This document shows positions 7,530-11,955 of a stretch of 11,955 nt of DNA, piece after piece. The stretch comes from Candidatus Eiseniibacteriota bacterium. Its GTDB lineage: Bacteria; Eisenbacteria; RBG-16-71-46. The notes beneath the pieces were generated by a model that saw only the letters and a list, made by a program, of their open reading frames with translations, was not told where the DNA came from and ran no database searches. The stretch spans positions 1 to 11,955 of the forward strand of contig JBGPFC010000060.1 in the NCBI GenBank assembly GCA_041483195.1, given 5' to 3'. A program made the position numbers and the translations under genes. How positions within the stretch are numbered: the stretch's first letter is position 1; the number at the start of each line of letters is the position of its first letter.

Positions 7530-8162
7530 ACCGTGATGTCGGGCGCCAGATCATCCTCGCGATTCTCGCGGTGTGGGCTGTCTCACTTTCGCCGATGCCG
7601 AGCGCCGCGCAGAAGCACATCGGAGGCGGCGGCGATGACGGCGGGAGCTGTCCGGGCCGGCTCGTTTCATCGGACGGGCCCAATCCAGGCAATCCGGGCT
7701 GTGGACCCTGGGCCGCCCCCTGCGGGGGGCTCGTATCTGGACACGCGCGCCGCCGACAGCGTCTACGAGTGCGTCGAGGAAATAAATGAGCCCTGCCAGG
7801 GCGGCGCATTCTTCGAATGGATATGGACATTCGTCGATGTGCAACCCGGTGCGCTGTATCTGACTTTCAAGGGACGCTCGGAAGGGCAGCGCTTTCAATT
7901 CATGTACAAGTTCTCAGACCCCGCGCTGCCCTGTCCTGTCCACGTATATACGCTGGTTCCGGACACGACGCTGGACACGACCACCGACCGACCGAACGGC
8001 ATCACGGTGCGTCTCCTGCCGTGGACGCCGGGCGGAAGGCTCTGCCTGCTCTTGCGAAGGATGGGCGGGGCGCGGCCGGTGGGTGAAGATTTCCCAGCGC
8101 AGGTGCGCATGGATTTCCTGAAGGTCACGACCGACCCGCTGGTTTCCTGCGCGCGACCGTAG
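7526..8162 (+). pseudogene. Secreted Cys-rich protein split by an apparent 1-nt frameshift near the G6 run at 7724-7729 (about 211 aa if repaired)
   Basis: ATG 7526 overlaps the upstream stop and encodes a signal peptide (MNRDVGRQIILAILAVWAVSLSPMPSAA). That frame turns into low-complexity Arg-rich sequence after ...AAPCGG and stops at 7789, while the +1 frame continues with globular sequence (GSYLDTRAADSVYECVEE...) to 8162. Confidence 0.65.
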
Positions 8163-8245
8163 TCGAGAGCGAGGCTTACCCGTCGCGGTTGGGAGAGGGA
8201 GCGGCAGAGGTCGCGTTCCGGCGGCGCGGAGTGCGCAGCGCCGCG

Positions 8246-8695
8246 CTACTTCTTTGTATGGTGCGAGCGCGACGACGACCTGGGCGGCCCGCGCTCCCAC
8301 TTGTCCTTCGCCTTCGCCTCTTCCGTCGTCTGCCACTGCATGTTGCTCGGCGAATCGGCGCCGCCGCGGCTCAACGGGACGATGTGGTCGACCACGTGCC
8401 CGGGCCAGCCGTTCGGATGCCCGGTCTGCTTCTCGAACGCGCGCTTCGCCTCGGGGTCCCGGGCGATGCGGCCGTGGGAATCGCGCTTCACGCCCGGGGT
8501 GTACGTGGAGCGATGCCCCGAATAGGAGTGCGAGGATCGGTGCGACGACCCGCCGCCGTGGTAGGCGCCCGCGCCGCGCCGCGCGTCGGCCGGCAGTACG
8601 AGGGAGAACAGCCCGAGGAGGGCGACGCCGATCGCCGCCGCACGCCGAAGGCGCGCGCGGATCTGCGGGCGGAGCGATGCCGAAGATGGGAGCAC
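8246..8695 (-). CDS. HNH-endonuclease-signature protein with predicted signal peptide (start uncertain)
   Basis: GHVVDHIVPLSRGGADSPSNMQWQ HNH-type motif; RRAAAIGVALLGLFSLVLPADA signal-peptide-like N-terminus; His/Ser/Gly-rich linker. Confidence 0.82.
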   Translation of the reverse strand: MLPSSASLRPQIRARLRRAAAIGVALLGLFSLVLPADARRGAGAYHGGGSSHRSSHSYSGHRSTYTPGVKRDSHGRIARDPEAKRAFEKQTGHPNGWPGHVVDHIVPLSRGGADSPSNMQWQTTEEAKAKDKWERGPPRSSSRSHHTKK

Positions 8696-8771
8696 GAGAG
8701 TGGTGAGCCGCGGGGATGATAAGACCGCGGGCCCGGGGTGGGGAAGGACGAAGCGCGGCGCACTTCAGGCC

Positions 8772-8801
8772 TTGACGCCGCCCGCCGCGGTCCGTCATCA
8801 T
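8772..8801 (+). promoter_or_regulatory. Putative promoter for the leader and sulfur operon (TTGACG-18 bp-CATCAT)
   Basis: 5/6 -35 match at 8772-8777 and 4/6 -10 match at 8796-8801, upstream of the leader ORF. Confidence 0.45.
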
Positions 8802-8866
8802 TCATCAGTTCTCGAAAGCCCGCCGGGCTCCCCGGCGGCTGCAGCCTCAAGAGGCACACCACCGTC

Positions 8867-8959
8867 ATGCAGCTTCGCAGCGTCCACGCAACGACGTGTT
8901 GTTGTCGAATGCTCCGCGGGGGCATGCGATGTCGGTGCGTTGGCGCACGGAGTGACTGA
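8867..8959 (+). CDS. Cys/Met-rich leader (attenuator) peptide MQLRSVHATTCCCRMLRGGMRCRCVGARSD, 30 aa
   Basis: ATG 8867 to TGA 8959. Five Cys codons including TGT-TGT-TGT at 8897-8905, and three Met. Weak SD-like GAGG at 8851-8854. Lies between a promoter-like element and a terminator hairpin upstream of a sulfur-scavenging operon. Confidence 0.7.
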   Translation: MQLRSVHATTCCCRMLRGGMRCRCVGARSD

Positions 8960-9002
8960 GATTCCCGGCCGATAGGCCAAGAACAGGCCCAACACACACC
9001 GC

Positions 9003-9041
9003 ACCGCGGCTCCCATCCATCGGGAGCCGCGGTCGTTTTGT
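9003..9041 (+). terminator. Intrinsic terminator-like hairpin (attenuator) in the 5' leader of the ssuE operon
   Basis: Perfect 12-bp stem ACCGCGGCTCCC (9003-9014) / GGGAGCCGCGGT (9022-9033), 7-nt loop, followed by CGTTTTGT. The tail ends 15 nt before the ssuE ATG. Confidence 0.8.
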
Positions 9042-9056
9042 ATCACGGAGGAACCC

Positions 9057-9674
9057 ATGAGTTTCATCGCGCAGGCGTCCATGCTTCAGGCGGCCGGCAT
9101 CTCGTCGAGTCCGAGCGGGAGGGAATCGAAGTCGCGCATGCTCTTGGACCACGCCCTCGCCCGGCTCGGCGCGCTCGGCATCGCCTGCGAGCGCATCGAT
9201 CTCTCGAGCCTGCCCGCCGACGCGCTGCTGGGGCGGGTGCGCGACGCCGCGCTCGAGCGCGCGCTCGCGGCCGCCGCTTCCGCGCGCATCGTGCTCGCCG
9301 CGACTCCGATCTATCGCGCTACCTACAGCGGGCTGCTCAAGGTGTTCTTCGATCTGTTCCCGCACGGCGCGCTCGCAGGGGCGATCGCGATTCCGATCGC
9401 GACCGGCGGCAGCCCGGGCCACCTGCTCGCGATCGATCACGGATTGCGCCCGCTGTTCTCGAGCCTGGGCGCGGTGGTGGTGCCGACCAACGTCTACGCG
9501 GCGGACGAGCAATTCGCCGACGGCGTGCCGAGCCGCGCGCTGCTCGAGCGCCTCGACCGCGCGGTCGCTGAGGCGATCGCCCTCGCGCTCGGCGCGCGCG
9601 GGGGTCTGGAGCCCGTCTCGGAATCCTATCTCACGCGTGAAACCCAGGCCGAGCAAAGGCAGGTGGCATCATGA
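9057..9674 (+). CDS. ssuE: NAD(P)H-dependent FMN reductase (SsuE/MsuE-like), 205 aa
   Basis: SSSPS...SKS, ATPIYRATYSGLLKVFFD and IPIATGGSPGHLLAIDHGLRPL match SsuE/MsuE-type flavodoxin-fold reductases. SD GGAGGA at 9047-9052. Confidence 0.9.
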   Translation: MSFIAQASMLQAAGISSSPSGRESKSRMLLDHALARLGALGIACERIDLSSLPADALLGRVRDAALERALAAAASARIVLAATPIYRATYSGLLKVFFDLFPHGALAGAIAIPIATGGSPGHLLAIDHGLRPLFSSLGAVVVPTNVYAADEQFADGVPSRALLERLDRAVAEAIALALGARGGLEPVSESYLTRETQAEQRQVAS

Positions 9675-10636
9675 ACGTCCATCCCGACCGGCCGATCGCG
9701 ATCTTCCACGAGCACCCGGACTGGTTTCGCCCGCTGTTCGAGGCGTTCGAGCGGCGCGGCACGCCCTACGTGCGGCTCGATGCGACGACGCATCGCTACG
9801 ACGCGGCCGCGCCGCGACCGCCCTACGCGCTGGTGTTCAACCGCATGAGCCCCTCGGCTTGGCTGCGCGGCAACGGCCACGGCATCTTCTACACGCTCCA
9901 GTACCTCGAGCATCTCGAACGCCTCGGCGTGCGCGTGGTGAACGGCTACGACGCGTTTCTCACAGAGACCTCGAAGGCCCGCCAGCTCTCGCTGCTCGAG
10001 CGGCTCGGGCTGCGGTACCCGCGGGCGCGCGTGATCCACGACGCCGCGCACGCGCCGGCCGCGGCGCATGGCCTGCGCTTCCCGGTTGTCGTGAAGCCCA
10101 ACATCGGAGGGAGCGGCGCGGGCGTGCGGCGGTTCGACACGATCGAGGCGTTGCGCGCGGCGGCGGCCGAGGCGTGGGATCTCGGCATCGACCAGACCGC
10201 GCTGGTGCAGGAATTCATCCCGGCGGAAGGCGGTCGCATCGTCCGCGTCGAGGTGCTGGGCGGCAAGTATCTCTACGCGATCCGCGTGTACCCAGACGGC
10301 GACCGCTACGACCTGTGCCCCGCCGACATCTGCCAGGGCGTGGACGGCGTCGAGCTGGCGCGCAGCGCGTGCCCGGTGGACGCTCCGAAGAACGGGCTCA
10401 AGGTCGAGGGCTACACGCCCCCGGCCGAGATCGTCTCCGAGGTGGAGCGCATCATGGCCGCTGCGCGGATCGACGTCGGCGGCGTCGAGTACATGATCGA
10501 CGCGCGCGACGGCACGCACTCGTACTACGACATCAACGCGCTCTCCAACTTCGTGGCCGACAGCCCGCGGGTGGTGGGATTCGACGCGTACGACCGGCTC
10601 GCCGAGTTCCTCGAGACCGAGGCGGTGCGCGCATGA
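9671..10636 (+). CDS. RimK/glutathione-synthetase-like ATP-grasp protein, 321 aa
   Basis: FNRMSPS, VVNG...SK, FPVVVKPNIGGSGAGV, LVQEFIP and YYDINALSNF ATP-grasp motifs. ATGA overlaps at both ends. Confidence 0.9.
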   Translation: MNVHPDRPIAIFHEHPDWFRPLFEAFERRGTPYVRLDATTHRYDAAAPRPPYALVFNRMSPSAWLRGNGHGIFYTLQYLEHLERLGVRVVNGYDAFLTETSKARQLSLLERLGLRYPRARVIHDAAHAPAAAHGLRFPVVVKPNIGGSGAGVRRFDTIEALRAAAAEAWDLGIDQTALVQEFIPAEGGRIVRVEVLGGKYLYAIRVYPDGDRYDLCPADICQGVDGVELARSACPVDAPKNGLKVEGYTPPAEIVSEVERIMAAARIDVGGVEYMIDARDGTHSYYDINALSNFVADSPRVVGFDAYDRLAEFLETEAVRA

Positions 10637-11748
10637 GATTCGGATACTGGCTTCCGGTGTTCGGCGGCTGGCTGCGCAACGTCGCCGACGAGCAGATGGA
10701 CGCGAGCTGGGACTACGTGCGCCGGCTCGCGCAGCGCAGCGAGGCGATCGGCTTCGACGTGACGCTGGTCGCCGAGCTCAACCTGAACGACATCAAGGGC
10801 GCGGACGCCCCGGCGCTCGACGCGTGGACCACGGCGGCGGCGCTCGCCGCCGTGACCGAGCGGCTCGAGATCATGATCGCGGTGCGGCCCACGTTCCATC
10901 CGCCCGCGCTGCTCGCGAAGCAGGCCGCGAACCTCGACCAGCTGAGCGGCGGGCGCGTGTCGCTCAACGTGGTGTCGTCGTGGTGGGAGGACGAGGCGCG
11001 CCAGTACGGCGTCGCGTTCGATCAGCACGATCAGCGTTACGCGCGCACCGGCGAATGGCTCGCGGTGGTGGACGGCATGTGGCGCGAGCCGCGCTTCAGC
11101 TACGCGGGGCGCTTCTACCGCGTCGATGGCGCGATCCTCGAGCCCAAGCCGATCGCGCGGCCGGTGCTGTACGCGGGCGGCGAGTCCGAGGCCGCGAAGG
11201 AGCTGATCGCGCGCTCCTGCGACGGCTACCTCATGCACGGCGATCCGCCCGAGCGCGTCGCGGGGAAGATCGCGGACCTGGGCGCGCGGCGCGCGCGATG
11301 GAGCCTGCCGCCGCTGCGATTCGGCGTAGCGGGCTACGTGGTGTGCCGCGACTCCGATGCGGAGGCGGAGGCCGAGCTCGCGCGCATCACCAAGCTGCGT
11401 CCGGGCGCTCCCGGCTTCGCCAACTTCGGGCAATGGGTGGCGGGCACGCAGCTCGAGCAGAGGCTCAAGCTCGAGGACTACGCCGTCTCGAACCGCGGCC
11501 TGCGCGCGGGGCTGGTCGGCACCCCCGACACCATCGCCGCGCGGATTCGCGAGTTCGAGCGCGCCGGGGTCGAGCTGCTGCTGCTCCAGTTCAGCCCGCA
11601 GCGCGAGGAGATGGAGCGCTTCGCCGCGGAGGTGATGCCGCGGGTGCGCGAATCGAATGGGAGCGTCCCGCGCCCCGCGGGCGGCAACGGAGCGCGCGCC
11701 GACCGGGCGGGCGCCCACCGGCCGCGGATCGAGATCCCGGCCCGGTGA
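10633..11748 (+). CDS. LLM-class (luciferase-like) FMNH2-dependent monooxygenase, SfnG/SsuD-like, 371 aa
   Basis: Start at ATG 10633 (ATGA overlap). MRFGYWLPVFGGW, AAALAAVTERLEIMIAVRP, AKQAANLDQLSGGRVSLNVVS, YAGGESEAA and LVGTPDTIA motifs. Confidence 0.93.
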   Translation: MRFGYWLPVFGGWLRNVADEQMDASWDYVRRLAQRSEAIGFDVTLVAELNLNDIKGADAPALDAWTTAAALAAVTERLEIMIAVRPTFHPPALLAKQAANLDQLSGGRVSLNVVSSWWEDEARQYGVAFDQHDQRYARTGEWLAVVDGMWREPRFSYAGRFYRVDGAILEPKPIARPVLYAGGESEAAKELIARSCDGYLMHGDPPERVAGKIADLGARRARWSLPPLRFGVAGYVVCRDSDAEAEAELARITKLRPGAPGFANFGQWVAGTQLEQRLKLEDYAVSNRGLRAGLVGTPDTIAARIREFERAGVELLLLQFSPQREEMERFAAEVMPRVRESNGSVPRPAGGNGARADRAGAHRPRIEIPAR

Positions 11749-11955
11749 CGCCGGAGGCCCGGAGCGCGAGCGGGGAAGACGACGCGCCGGGTCTCGTCCC
11801 GGGTCGCGAGAAAAGCTGTTGTTGGCAAGACTAAGTGACCGCTTTTGACACGACTATCTGTCCGCTTTCAGGCGGCAGCGCCGGAAGCCTCGATTCTGGC
11901 GCGTCCGCGAGGATCGAACACCCCCAGGCATCGGCGCCCCCACCAGACCGAGTGA

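Noticed and set aside
8221..8244. GCGGCGC/GCGCCGC hairpin between convergent genes as a terminator
   Set aside because: Short GC-only stem with no U-tract on either strand; expected by chance at this GC content.
8738..8866. 73-aa version of the leader ORF starting at 8738
   Set aside because: It begins upstream of the putative promoter (8772-8801); ATG 8867 with an SD-like GAGG is the more plausible start.
8800..9045. SAM riboswitch upstream of the sulfur operon
   Set aside because: I could not find the ordered SAM-I/IV core (AUC.AGAG...GCAACC...GUGC.AA) or a SAM-II pattern. A Cys-rich ORF plus terminator explains the region better. An Rfam scan would settle it.
9637..10632. N-terminal extension of the 703-aa ORF (apparent fusion to the LLM)
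   Set aside because: Off-frame shadow of the ATP-grasp gene; the LLM starts at ATG 10633.
11823..11840. Sigma54 promoter (TTGGCA...)
   Set aside because: No TTGC/GC -12 element at the required spacing.
1..11955. CRISPR array, tRNA or rRNA genes
   Set aside because: No regularly spaced direct repeats, cloverleaf or rRNA-like sequence seen; intergenic spaces are short.

Overview
High-GC bacterial window. From left to right: (1) the 5' end of an IS1182-like transposase, whose element end abuts a CTAG overlapping the stop codon of the neighbouring gene. (2) A minus-strand pair: a His-rich cytochrome-b/ferric-reductase-like membrane protein and a membrane-anchored Zn-ribbon + 2x[4Fe-4S] + circularly permuted thioredoxin-reductase-like flavoprotein. 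(3) A plus-strand operon from arginase (rocF) to an ornithine cyclodeaminase/mu-crystallin gene, with a toxin-like RNase and candidate immunity gene between them. (4) A large membrane protein with a DUF4350/GATase-like domain, a frameshifted secreted Cys-rich protein and a convergent secreted HNH protein. (5) An organosulfur-utilisation-type operon: SsuE-like FMN reductase, RimK-like ATP-grasp enzyme and SfnG/SsuD-like LLM monooxygenase. The most notable signal is upstream of this last operon: a 30-codon Cys/Met-rich leader ORF (MQLRSVHATTCCCRMLRGGMRCRCVGARSD), followed by a perfect 12-bp terminator-like hairpin and a candidate antiterminator, i.e. a probable cysteine-sensing ribosome-mediated attenuator. 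All family assignments are from motif recognition by eye; no searches were run.
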